Positions 9,128-17,761 of a stretch of 49,318 nt of DNA are shown piece after piece (position 1 is the first letter of the stretch; each line of letters begins with the position of its first letter). The stretch is from assembly GCA_016186695.1 (NCBI GenBank), contig JACPLC010000003.1, positions 1-49,318 on the forward strand, written 5' to 3'. Origin of the DNA: Candidatus Kaiserbacteria bacterium (lineage in GTDB: Bacteria > Patescibacteriota > Minisyncoccia > Phycocordibacterales > UBA2100). Both the position numbers and the translations under genes were made by a program. The notes under the pieces were generated by a model. The model made no database searches and was not told the DNA's origin. It saw nothing but the letters and a program-made list of their open reading frames with translations.

Positions 9128-9661
9128 ATGCGAAAAAAACCCGAAGACCAAGAAAAACTTTGGTATCGTCGCCCGGAGGAACGCGTATGCTTAGTAACAC
9201 TGGGTGGGTTGTTCTATAAACAAACAGAGCTTGCGGTATTGCTCGAGACAAGCTCGAGCACACTCGCTGGGTTCCGACGGGATAACGACATCTATATGCC
9301 CGTCGAGAAACTCCCCCGCTCAGACAGTCGATTTCTCGAGTTCACCCAACTGTTGAAGAAAGTAAGTCTCCCAGCGGCTCCGCTAGTCCCGTTCACGGAA
9401 GACCCGAAACTGGACAGAGAAGCCGGATATTTCCTCGCGAACCTCATCATCAAAAAAATGGAGGGGGATAGAACGATACCGCGCTGGGGAAAATGCTGGT
9501 GGCCGACGGTCCCTGAACGCGGAGGCGGGCCCGTTCGGTACTTGTGCGAGAGTAACGGATCGCCACTATGCGGTGACCATCAGCAGGAGCTCGGAGGTAA
9601 ACCACTCATCCTCCACCTCTCCTCGCCTTATCCTCCGAAAAGAGATCGGGTTTCAGGATAA
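9128..9661 (+). CDS. Hypothetical protein
   Basis: 177-aa ORF followed by a terminator; no family recognised. Confidence 0.6.
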   Translation: MRKKPEDQEKLWYRRPEERVCLVTLGGLFYKQTELAVLLETSSSTLAGFRRDNDIYMPVEKLPRSDSRFLEFTQLLKKVSLPAAPLVPFTEDPKLDREAGYFLANLIIKKMEGDRTIPRWGKCWWPTVPERGGGPVRYLCESNGSPLCGDHQQELGGKPLILHLSSPYPPKRDRVSG

Positions 9662-9677
9662 CTGCGACGCGAACATG

Positions 9678-9711
9678 CGCTGCGCCGGGCAACTGGCGCA
9701 GCGATTTTTTT
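9678..9711 (+). terminator. Intrinsic terminator
   Basis: CGCTGCGCCGG-gcaa-CTGGCGCAGCG then ATTTTTTT. Confidence 0.75.
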
Positions 9712-9762
9712 ATACACTCGCTTGACACATGCTAGGCTGTTGAGATATCAATGCGAACTCAT

Positions 9763-11934
9763 ATGAAGCTTGTAATAGTTGAATCACCAGCAAAAGCAAA
9801 GACGATCGAAAAATATTTGGGCGAAGGATTCACCGTGCGCGCGAGCGTAGGACACATCCGCGATCTGCCGAAGTCGAACAAAGACGCCGTCGACATCGAG
9901 AACGGATTCGTACCGCGCTATCAGATGGTGAAAGAAAAACAGCACGTTATCGACGCCATTCACAAAGAAGCCGAGAGGGCAGACGAGGTAATCCTTGCGA
10001 CAGACCCCGACCGTGAGGGTGAGGCGATTGCGTGGCACCTTTCGGAGACAATCGGGCTCAAAAACCCTAAGCGAATCGTCTTCACCGAAATCACCGAACG
10101 TGCCGTTCAGGAGGCACTTGCGCATCCACGCGGCATCGACGAAGAGCTCGTGAAAGCGCAGGAGGCCCGCCGCGTGCTGGATAGATTATTCGGCTACGAC
10201 CTTTCGGGACTCGTGTGGAAGAAGGTCCGCTATGGTCTCTCGGCAGGCCGCGTGCAATCCCCCGCGCTTCGCATACTCATGGAGCGGGAGCGCGAGATAC
10301 GCGCCTTCGTCCCCGAGAAATTTTGGGTCGTTAGTGCCGACCTCAAGCCAAAAATCGGCAAGCCATTCACTGCTACCTGCGTCGAAGAGCCCAAGTCTGC
10401 AGATGAGGCAGAGAGAATCGTCAAAGCGGCGCAGTCCGGCAAGTGGAGTGTGCGGAGCGTGGAGGAAACTGAAGCTGTGCGAGCTCCCCGTCCGCCGTTT
10501 ACAACCTCAACACTCCAACAGGCGGCTTCGACACGTCTCGGATTTTCCCCATCGCGGACGATGCGCGCCGCCCAAAAACTCTATGAGTCGGGACACATAA
10601 CCTACATGCGCACCGACAGTCCCAACCTCGCGAAGGAAGCGCAAGCGATGCTGATCGCAACGGTTCGCGACGAATTTGGAGAGAGTTATGTTTCGCCGCG
10701 CACCTACAAGACTAAAGCAAAAACAGCGCAGGAAGCGCACGAAGCAATACGGCCGACAAATGCAAAAAAGCTCTCGCGCGGAGCGACAGATGACCAGAAA
10801 AAGGTCTATGCACTCATACGGATACGTGCGCTCGCATCTCAAACGGCGGACGCCAAGATCATGCGCACGAAAGTCACGGCCAACATCTCTGACAAAGGCA
10901 TTCCGGATTTCACGGCGAACGGCTCGCGTGTGATGTTCGACGGATGGCTCAAAGTCGATCCGGCCGCTCGCGGCGAAGACGTTGAGCTTCCGAAAGTAAT
11001 TTCCGGTGACACACTCGAACTTATTGATGCACACGCAGAGGGAAAGGAAACGCAACCGCCCGCGCGCTACAGCGAAGCAGGCCTCGTGAAAGAGCTCGAA
11101 AAACGGGGTATCGGCCGCCCTTCGACATACGCGACCATTATCAAGACACTCGAAGACCGCGGCTACGTGGACAAGCAGGGTCGCACGCTCCTCCCGACAC
11201 ACACGGGAGACGTTGTCTCTACCTTCCTCGAAGATCACTTCGGAGAATACATCAGTGATACGTTCACCGCAGAAATGGAAGATGAGCTCGATGAAATAGC
11301 CGACGGAAAACGTGAATACGGGAAGACACTGAAGTCCTTCTACGGTCCGTTCAAAAAAGCGGTCAAGGGAAAAGAAAAAATCCCGAAGCTGACCAGTATG
11401 GGTGACGCTCCGGCGGAATTTCCCTGCCCTATTTGCAGCGGACCGATGGAGTACAAACTCTCGCGTACGGGGCGATTCATGAGCTGCAAGCGCTTTCCGG
11501 AGTGCCTCGGCGCCCGCAAAGAAGACGGCTCCGAGATCGCCCCGCCCAAAGAGATCGGTGAGGCCTGCCCACAGTGCAAAGACGGCAAGCTCATAGAACG
11601 CGAGGGCCGCTTCGGACGCTTTATCGCCTGTTCCAACTACCCCAAGTGCAAATTCGTGAAGCAGGACCCGAATGAACTCGAAAGGGCAAAAACGGGTGTC
11701 GAGTGCCCCGTCTGTAAGAAAGGCGAAATGATGGAGCGTCGTGGTAAGTTTGGCGTTTTCTATGCCTGCTCCAACTATCCGCAGTGCAAACACGCCATCA
11801 AGGCAAAACCGACCGGGCGCACGTGCCCCGAGTGCGGTTCGCTCATGATGGAGGGCACGAAAACGATTCCTGAACGCTGTTCGAACAAAAGCTGCCCGAA
11901 CCACAACCCGCACAAGAAGGCAAAAAGCCAATAG
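9763..11934 (+). CDS. topA: DNA topoisomerase I
   Basis: LVIVESPAKAK, ATDPDREGEAI, SAGRVQS, ITYMRTDS, C-terminal zinc ribbons. Confidence 0.98.
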   Translation: MKLVIVESPAKAKTIEKYLGEGFTVRASVGHIRDLPKSNKDAVDIENGFVPRYQMVKEKQHVIDAIHKEAERADEVILATDPDREGEAIAWHLSETIGLKNPKRIVFTEITERAVQEALAHPRGIDEELVKAQEARRVLDRLFGYDLSGLVWKKVRYGLSAGRVQSPALRILMEREREIRAFVPEKFWVVSADLKPKIGKPFTATCVEEPKSADEAERIVKAAQSGKWSVRSVEETEAVRAPRPPFTTSTLQQAASTRLGFSPSRTMRAAQKLYESGHITYMRTDSPNLAKEAQAMLIATVRDEFGESYVSPRTYKTKAKTAQEAHEAIRPTNAKKLSRGATDDQKKVYALIRIRALASQTADAKIMRTKVTANISDKGIPDFTANGSRVMFDGWLKVDPAARGEDVELPKVISGDTLELIDAHAEGKETQPPARYSEAGLVKELEKRGIGRPSTYATIIKTLEDRGYVDKQGRTLLPTHTGDVVSTFLEDHFGEYISDTFTAEMEDELDEIADGKREYGKTLKSFYGPFKKAVKGKEKIPKLTSMGDAPAEFPCPICSGPMEYKLSRTGRFMSCKRFPECLGARKEDGSEIAPPKEIGEACPQCKDGKLIEREGRFGRFIACSNYPKCKFVKQDPNELERAKTGVECPVCKKGEMMERRGKFGVFYACSNYPQCKHAIKAKPTGRTCPECGSLMMEGTKTIPERCSNKSCPNHNPHKKAKSQ

Positions 11935-12000
11935 CCACTAGCCACTAGGAAAAGAGACGCGTATTATGGATTTACGCTAGTGGCTAAACCCTAGTGGCTA
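11925..12000. repeat. Heptamer tandem/inverted repeat (TAGCCAC)n...(CTAGTGGCTA)
   Basis: aagccaa tagccac tagccac tag ... ctagtggcta aacc ctagtggcta. Confidence 0.75.
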
Positions 12001-12007
12001 ATTTTCT

Positions 12008-13549
12008 ATGACCACGCCGCGTCCACTCTCGGATATTCTCGGAGCAATGGTCGGCAAGAGCGACGCCGATGTCGCATTGGTGACGAAGGCATACGAATTC
12101 GCAAAGGAGGCGCATAAAAACCAGAAACGGTACTCCGGAGACCCGTACTTTGTGCACCCGGCTGAAGTAGGCCACCTACTTGCAACGGCAGGCATGGACG
12201 TGCAGGCGATCGCTGCCGGACTCATTCACGACACCATCGAAGACGCGGGGGTGAAGCCGAAAGTTATCGAGGAGACATTTGGTGCGGAGGTACTCTCTCT
12301 CGTGCAAGGCGTGACGAAACTGGGAACGCTGCGTTACCGCGGACTCGAGCGACACACCGAGAGCCTACGGAAACTTTTCGCGGCAACTGCCAAAGATCTC
12401 CGCGTGCTTATCATCAAACTGATGGACCGCCTGCACAACGCGCGCACCCTCGAACACGTGCCACGTAAGGAAAAGCAGATGCGCATTGCGCAGGAAACGC
12501 TCGAGATCTACGCACCGATCGCCGACAGGCTCGGTATGAGCGTCGCGAAGCAAGAGCTCGAGGACGCAGCATTCCCCTTTGCCTACCCGAAGGAGTACGA
12601 AAAGACGCGCGAATTCTTCAAGCAGCGACGAGGTGAAAACGAGAAGCGTCTTGAAAAAACGGAGCGCGACCTGAAGCGTGAACTCGCCGAGGCAGGTCTT
12701 CGTGCGTTCAGAACCGAAGCACGCATTAAAGGCACCTACAGCCTCTTCCTCAAACTCGAGCGAAAGCAGTGGGACATCTCGAAGATCTACGATGTTCTCG
12801 CGCTCCGGATCATTTTTCCCACGCTCGCTGATTGCTATACCGCGCTCGGCATCATCCATGCACACTGGCGACCTGTCCCTGGAAAAATCAAGGACTATAT
12901 CGCTTTTCCAAAACCCAATGGGTACCAATCAATTCACACAACTGTCTATACAGGAGATGGAGGCGCTCTTGAGATACAGCTTCGCACCGAGGCACAACAT
13001 CGCGAAGCCCAGTACGGAATCGCTTCCCACCTTACGTACAAAGAAGTGCAAAGCGGTGCCGAGGCCTCTCGAGGAGGCCTTGAGTGGATACGACAGTTCG
13101 TCCCCGTGTGGCGCAGAAGCTCGCAGAAACCAGAGCCCGTGGCACATGAGAGCGTCACCGGAACCATTCCCGAATGGGTGAAGGAGCTCGCCCACGCACA
13201 CGCAGAAGGGAGTGCTTCCCAAGAATACCTCGACACCTTGAAGGCTGATTTCTTCAGCCACCGCGTCTTCGTCTTTACGCCGAAAGGTGACGTTATCGAC
13301 CTGCCTGTCGCCGCAACACCGATCGACTTTGCCTATGCGGTCCACTCCGATCTGGGAGATCACATGTCGGGCGCACGGGTAAACAGTAAGATGGTTTCCA
13401 TCGACACGCCTCTGCGGAACGGAGATTTAGTGGAGATCATCACGAAATCATCAGCACACCCGACGCGAAAATGGCACGACATCGCAAAAACGAGCATGGC
13501 GAAAAAACACATACGCGCCGCGCTTGCGAAGAAAGCCGGCGAGGCGTGA
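12008..13549 (+). CDS. RelA/SpoT homolog (HD + synthetase + TGS, no ACT)
   Basis: HKNQKRYSGDPYFVHP, IHDTIED, DRLHNARTL, KDYIAFPKPNGYQSIHT, EIQLRT, TGS VFVFTPKG...DFAYAVHS. Confidence 0.93.
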   Translation: MTTPRPLSDILGAMVGKSDADVALVTKAYEFAKEAHKNQKRYSGDPYFVHPAEVGHLLATAGMDVQAIAAGLIHDTIEDAGVKPKVIEETFGAEVLSLVQGVTKLGTLRYRGLERHTESLRKLFAATAKDLRVLIIKLMDRLHNARTLEHVPRKEKQMRIAQETLEIYAPIADRLGMSVAKQELEDAAFPFAYPKEYEKTREFFKQRRGENEKRLEKTERDLKRELAEAGLRAFRTEARIKGTYSLFLKLERKQWDISKIYDVLALRIIFPTLADCYTALGIIHAHWRPVPGKIKDYIAFPKPNGYQSIHTTVYTGDGGALEIQLRTEAQHREAQYGIASHLTYKEVQSGAEASRGGLEWIRQFVPVWRRSSQKPEPVAHESVTGTIPEWVKELAHAHAEGSASQEYLDTLKADFFSHRVFVFTPKGDVIDLPVAATPIDFAYAVHSDLGDHMSGARVNSKMVSIDTPLRNGDLVEIITKSSAHPTRKWHDIAKTSMAKKHIRAALAKKAGEA

Positions 13550-13564
13550 AAGGCGTCGCGATTT

Positions 13565-14524
13565 TCAGACGGTAAAATTCCGTATCGAGTAGAGGTCTTC
13601 CTGCTGCTGCCCGCTACCCTTTTCAGAAACTGTTTCCGCAGGCTTCACCGCTCCTGATATTTCGGCCGATCGCGACACAGCGCTTTCTTGTGAGACCGAC
13701 GCTGATTCGATAGTTGTGAGCATCTTCCGGATGTGTGCGAGATCGTCGACAGAAAAGAAATCGATGGTGACTTTTCCTCCTTCTTGTTTTTTCTCGATGC
13801 GCACGCGTGTGCCGAGCTTTTCGGTGAGCTCGCGCTCGAGGAGCAAAAGCTCCGGTGTGAGATCGGACTTGCGGGTTTTCTCGGGAGTTACGCGACGCGC
13901 GAGCTGTTCGGCATCGCGTACATTCAGTTTACGCGTAATGATTTCCACAAAGAGCGTGCGCTGCTCTGCGGGACGATCCATGAGCATCAAAAGCGGGCGC
14001 GTGTGGCCTTCGCTGATTTCGCTTTTCGAAAGAGCGTCGAGCATATCCTGCGGCAAAAGGAGGATGCGTAGAGAATTCGAGACGTATTCGCGGCTTTTGC
14101 CAACGCGCTTGCCGATCTCGACATGCTTCAAGCCAAACTCCTCGACGAGCCGCTTGAACGCATGCGCACGATCGACTGGATTTAAATCTTCTCGCTGCAA
14201 ATTTTCGATGATGGCGAGTTCGAGCTTGAGACGATCATCGTCCTCGCCACTCCGGATGACGACGGGAACCTCGCGGATACCCGCGAGCTTCGCCGCGCGA
14301 AGGCGCCGCTCGCCCGCGATGAGTTCGTATTCGACCGCGATCCCCTCTCCTGCTTTTTCGATCTCCTTGCGCGTGACCGTAAGCGGCTGCAAGACACCGT
14401 AGCTCCGGATGGATTCCGCGAGTGAGGCAAGCGAGGCCTCATCGAAAGATTTGCGAGGCTGGAAGGGATTGGGCTTTATCCGCTCGACTTCAACCCAGAA
14501 TATTGAATTGTTGAAATACGCCAT
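13565..14524 (-). CDS. parB: ParB/Spo0J partition protein
   Basis: PNPFQPRK, ELIAGERRLRA, IENLQREDLNP, HTH GKSREYVSNSLR. Confidence 0.95.
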   Translation of the reverse strand: MAYFNNSIFWVEVERIKPNPFQPRKSFDEASLASLAESIRSYGVLQPLTVTRKEIEKAGEGIAVEYELIAGERRLRAAKLAGIREVPVVIRSGEDDDRLKLELAIIENLQREDLNPVDRAHAFKRLVEEFGLKHVEIGKRVGKSREYVSNSLRILLLPQDMLDALSKSEISEGHTRPLLMLMDRPAEQRTLFVEIITRKLNVRDAEQLARRVTPEKTRKSDLTPELLLLERELTEKLGTRVRIEKKQEGGKVTIDFFSVDDLAHIRKMLTTIESASVSQESAVSRSAEISGAVKPAETVSEKGSGQQQEDLYSIRNFTV

Positions 14525-14542
14525 AAAAAAAGTATATCACGT

Positions 14543-14721
14543 GTGCCGGGAGAGAGACTTGCCCGCGGCTCTCGGCTCGTCGTCACTCGCCTCGGCCTGG
14601 GCACCAGCTCGCAGCCTCGCGTGCTCGCTCGGCATCGCTCCGCTGTTCAAGTCTCTCACGCTGCGTGCGCAGGCACGCAGCTTCCCAATGCTCGCTTCGC
14701 GAGTGCCGGGAGAGAGACTTG
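14543..14721 (-). mobile_element. tRNA-3'-associated structured element, copy 1 (behind tRNA-Leu CAA)
   Basis: 19-bp direct repeat GTGCCGGGAGAGAGACTTG at 14543-14561 and 14703-14721; 141-nt interior homologous to 24895-25037. Confidence 0.8.
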
Positions 14722-14787
14722 AACTCTCATGACCTTGCGGTCGAACGATCTTGAGTCGTTTGCGTCTGCCAATTCCGCCATCCCGGC
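14704..14787 (-). tRNA. tRNA-Leu(CAA)
   Basis: Acceptor GCCGGGA/TCCCGGC; AACGA-CT CAA GA-TCGTT; long variable arm; T-loop TTCAAGT. Confidence 0.96.
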
Positions 14788-14810
14788 TTGCTGGCTATAA
14801 TACGCCAGCA

Positions 14811-15716
14811 ATGACTACGAGACAAAAGATTTTGGTCATCATCGGGCCGACAAGCTCAGGTAAGAGCGCCCTTGCCATCGAGCTTGCGCGAAAATTCAAC
14901 GGTGAGGTGATTTCCGCGGATTCGCGGCAGGTCTACAAAGGGCTCAACATCGGCACAGGAAAAATCACGAAGAAGGAGATGGGGAGCGTCAGACACCATC
15001 TCTTGGACGTTGCATGGCCGAAAAAGATTTTCACCGCACAGAATTTCGTCGTACAAGGACGAAAGGCAATCGCGGATATCGCCGCGCGAGGCAAACTGCC
15101 CATTGTCGCCGGTGGCACCGGCTTCTACATCGACACATTGCTCGGACGAATTGCGCTGCCCGACGTCCCGCCTAACCAAGAACTTCGCGCAAAGCTTGAA
15201 CAAAAAACCATCAAGCAATTGTTCGCGCTTCTTAAAAGCAAAGACCCCCGCCGCGCACGCAGTATTGATTCACACAATAAGCGCCGCCTGATTCGCGCCC
15301 TCGAAATCGTCTCCGCTCTCGGTAAAGTTCCAAATAACGACCTACGAGGTCGTTATTCGATACTATGGATCGGGCTCAGCGCACCGATAAAAATACTGGA
15401 GAAAGAGATTTTAATTCGCTTACGCGTGCGAATTAGAGGAGGGATGGTCGGTGAGGCGCGATGGCTGCACAAGGCCGGTCTCACCTATCGCCGGATGGAA
15501 CAGCTTGGACTCGAGTACCGTGCCCTCGCTCGTCATCTGCAGGGAAAAATCTCTCACGACCAAATGGTTCACGAACTAAACCATAACATCCGCCGCTATG
15601 CGAAGCGCCAACTCACTTACTGGAAACGCAATCGCTCAATCCACTGGTTCAATCCGATGCGGAGAGAAAAAATATGCAAATTGGTCGGCATGTGGCTCCG
15701 TACAAGCGGGCGCTGA
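14811..15716 (+). CDS. miaA: tRNA dimethylallyltransferase
   Basis: GPTSSGKS, ISADSRQVY, GGTGFY, RRLIRALEI, RRYAKRQLTY; 3' end overlaps tRNA-Trp on the opposite strand. Confidence 0.96.
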   Translation: MTTRQKILVIIGPTSSGKSALAIELARKFNGEVISADSRQVYKGLNIGTGKITKKEMGSVRHHLLDVAWPKKIFTAQNFVVQGRKAIADIAARGKLPIVAGGTGFYIDTLLGRIALPDVPPNQELRAKLEQKTIKQLFALLKSKDPRRARSIDSHNKRRLIRALEIVSALGKVPNNDLRGRYSILWIGLSAPIKILEKEILIRLRVRIRGGMVGEARWLHKAGLTYRRMEQLGLEYRALARHLQGKISHDQMVHELNHNIRRYAKRQLTYWKRNRSIHWFNPMRREKICKLVGMWLRTSGR

Positions 15717-15777
15717 GGGAATCGAACCCCCGACGTCGGTTTTGGAGACCGAAGTTATACCATTTAACTAAGCGCCC
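15707..15777 (-). tRNA. tRNA-Trp(CCA)
   Basis: Acceptor GGGCGCT/AGCGCCC; TCGGT-CT CCA AA-ACCGA; T-loop TTCGATT. Confidence 0.96.
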
Positions 15778-15794
15778 AACGCGGGCAGTATACC

Positions 15795-15953
15795 TCACTT
15801 TTTTGTCTCTTTGTGAACGGTGTGCGCTCTACACCAGCGGCAGTACTTCTTGACTTCGATTTTGCGCTCGACAAGCTTCTTGTTCTTACGCGACCAGTAG
15901 TTGGTGCGCCCGCACTTGCTGCAGGCCATTTTTATCAATTGCTCTTGGGACAT
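15795..15953 (-). CDS. rpmG: 50S ribosomal protein L33 (zinc-binding type)
   Basis: Below the ORF-track cutoff; manual translation MSQEQLIKMACSKCGRTNYWSRKNKKLVERKIEVKKYCRWCRAHTVHKETKK. Confidence 0.95.
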   Translation of the reverse strand: MSQEQLIKMACSKCGRTNYWSRKNKKLVERKIEVKKYCRWCRAHTVHKETKK

Positions 15954-16328
15954 GTTAGTTTTTCTTACGAGTGGAGCGAGTTAGAAATAACTTACACCCG
16001 CCTAAATTTTGAACGAAAGATTTTTAATGTATCTGGAATAGACCTCTCTAGATAATTCCTACCCCACCCAGTCTTAAGGTACGTCTCGCGTTGCATTGCG
16101 TCCTTCCGACTCGCATGCAACTCGCAGTACAAAAGTTCGAGCGGTCTTCGCAAAGATGTTGCCGGAACGCGTCCAGCATTATGCTCTGCGAGTCGCGCCT
16201 TTATATCACGGCATGAACCTGTGTACAAATTGCCGTCTTTCAGACTACCGAGGACGTAGACGCAATGCATCGTTCAAAATTTGGGCGGGTTAGAAAAATA
16301 TAGTCGCTTCACTCGTTATTTTTCTAAC
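15954..16328. mobile_element. Putative GIY-YIG-carrying hairpin/inverted-repeat cassette
   Basis: 21-bp IR with 1 mismatch (15996-16016 / 16270-16290) brackets the nuclease ORF; outer hairpins at 15954-15995 and 16289-16328. Confidence 0.7.
15992..16270 (-). CDS. Small stand-alone GIY-YIG nuclease
   Basis: VYVL...LYTG...RLAEHN...T..RRP..L...E...AMQRETYLK. Confidence 0.92.
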   Translation of the reverse strand: MHCVYVLGSLKDGNLYTGSCRDIKARLAEHNAGRVPATSLRRPLELLYCELHASRKDAMQRETYLKTGWGRNYLERSIPDTLKIFRSKFRRV

Positions 16329-16728
16329 AAACCTCGTTCCATGGACCGAACAATGCGCCTTCGCTCACGAGCGTTTTCATTATGATATCTACGATAAGCC
16401 ACGCGGCTAGAATGAGCACGAGGCCGACCCCGACCGTCCAGAAAATCTTTTTTGCATTAGTCGCCTTGCCAGAATCCCCTCCCGCGGTAATGTATTGCCA
16501 TCCGGCGTAGGCAAAAAGAAAGGCGGCGAGGAAAATGGCGATGTAGATGCCGGCATTGATCGTGTTTTGCGCAAGCTGGGCGATGTCACAAATGCCGCAG
16601 GTTTTCGCGGCGCCTGCGCGGCAGTGCTCCGGCACAATCGTGGGGATTTGCGCGAATGCAATTGAGGGAGCGAGCACGATGAGAATCAGACCCCTCCTTA
16701 GCCATCTGACCGCGCGATTTTCAAACAT
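16324..16728 (-). CDS. TrbC/VirB2-like pilin-type membrane protein
   Basis: Signal ending AFA, Cys motif, two TM helices around YITAGGDSGKATNAKK, LILAAWLIV. Confidence 0.8.
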   Translation of the reverse strand: MFENRAVRWLRRGLILIVLAPSIAFAQIPTIVPEHCRAGAAKTCGICDIAQLAQNTINAGIYIAIFLAAFLFAYAGWQYITAGGDSGKATNAKKIFWTVGVGLVLILAAWLIVDIIMKTLVSEGALFGPWNEVC

Positions 16729-16808
16729 GGAACGATTGTAGCATCGGTGGACAGCAGCACATACGCACTAGAAGTAATCAAATCTGGTGTGTCCATGAAT
16801 ATGTAGCC

Positions 16809-16836
16809 TTGACATCGCTGCAGTGTTGCTTACCAT
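16809..16836 (+). promoter_or_regulatory. Sigma70-type promoter, probably leaderless, for the 16843 ORF and tRNA-Tyr
   Basis: TTGACA-16 nt-TACCAT, then 6 nt to the ATG. Confidence 0.55.
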
Positions 16837-16842
16837 TCCCCT

Positions 16843-17460
16843 ATGTCTGCAATTCCGCAAAATGAATGGAAAAAAGTTGGAGAATTGTATTCATCTGGTC
16901 TGCCGATGAGAGCGGTTGCCAATCAGATGAGCGTATCGATAGATGCGGTGACATACGTGTTACGCCGAATAAAAGTGCCGCGGCGTGATTTTAAAGCAGC
17001 AAGTCGTCTCGCCTACGAAGCTAAGACGCCAACATTCAGCATTCGCGCGGGGAACGCCAGACGTGTGTCCGAGTTAGATGCAGTGGGAGCCATGCTCTAT
17101 TGGGCGGAAGGATATAAGAGAGAAACAGCTAGCGGGATAGATTTTGCAAATAGTGATGCCGATATGAGCAAGTTATTCCTTAAATTCCTCCAAAAAAGGT
17201 ACCGGCTTGATGAAAATCGGTTGCATTTTTCGATCTACTATTACGCTGATCAGGACTTGGAGAGTATTCTTGCTTTTTGGTCCCAAAAACTAGAGAAGCC
17301 ATTAGGGCAATTCAAAAATCATTATCGTAAACCAAATCCACGGGATGGTACCCGTAAACTCCCATACGGTGTGCTTCACATCAGGTACAATGACAAGAAG
17401 CTTTTACGAGATGTACTAAGTTTGATAGAATCCTACAAACGCAAGTATGTATTGCGTTGA
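16843..17460 (+). CDS. HTH plus LAGLIDADG-like endonuclease-family protein
   Basis: N-terminal HTH-like ELYSSGLPMRAVANQMSVSIDAVTYVL; GAMLYWAEG helix, IDFANSD, KLFLKFL, YGVLHIRY. The fold assignment is inferred. Confidence 0.7.
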   Translation: MSAIPQNEWKKVGELYSSGLPMRAVANQMSVSIDAVTYVLRRIKVPRRDFKAASRLAYEAKTPTFSIRAGNARRVSELDAVGAMLYWAEGYKRETASGIDFANSDADMSKLFLKFLQKRYRLDENRLHFSIYYYADQDLESILAFWSQKLEKPLGQFKNHYRKPNPRDGTRKLPYGVLHIRYNDKKLLRDVLSLIESYKRKYVLR

Positions 17461-17463
17461 AAT

Positions 17464-17546
17464 GCGCCGGTGGCGGAGCAGCTAACGCACGTGACTGTAG
17501 ATCACGCGGACTATGTCCTTCGGGGGTGCAAGTCCCTCCCGGCGCA
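17464..17546 (+). tRNA. tRNA-Tyr(GTA) with non-canonical D and T loops
   Basis: Acceptor GCGCCGG/CCGGCGC; CGTGA-CT GTA GA-TCACG; variable arm; T arm GGGGG-TGCAAGT-CCCTC. Confidence 0.9.
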
Positions 17547-17548
17547 CA

Positions 17549-17761
17549 ATGAAATTGTTACTTATGATAGTGATTGGAATGGTCGCGTACGACCTCTCAA
17601 TCCATTTGTTATACCTTTTTGGGAAGGAGCAATATTTCTTGCAACGCAAGCTGAACTATTGGCCGTACTGGAAAGAGCATGGGCGCTCCTATCAGATATT
17701 TTGGAGCCTGTTTTGGGGAACAGCACTAGCCTTACTGCTCGTGTACTTTGTTACGCTCTAA
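17549..17761 (+). CDS. Small two-TM membrane protein (70 aa)
   Basis: [15 protein letters not shown]...[20 protein letters not shown]; starts 2 nt after tRNA-Tyr. Confidence 0.6.
   Translation: MKLLLMIVIGMVAYDLSIHLLYLFGKEQYFLQRKLNYWPYWKEHGRSYQIFWSLFWGTALALLLVYFVTL

Noticed and set aside
10507-11931. 474-aa antisense ORF in topA, and similar long shadow ORFs in clpB, gyrA, ftsZ and infB
   Set aside because: These are shadows of GC-rich coding strands with no recognisable motifs.
14844-14862. CCGACAAGCTCAGG in miaA as a copy of the ftsQ/infB repeat
   Set aside because: It encodes the conserved P-loop GPTSSGKS, so the match is explained by protein constraint.
14704-15777. miaA flanked by its substrate tRNAs
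   Set aside because: Only tRNA-Trp has A36-A37-A38; tRNA-Leu(CAA) has G37.
15707-15777. Alternative genetic code 25
   Set aside because: TGA terminates many intact genes (dnaX, infB, RSH, trxB) and long ORFs are uninterrupted under code 11.
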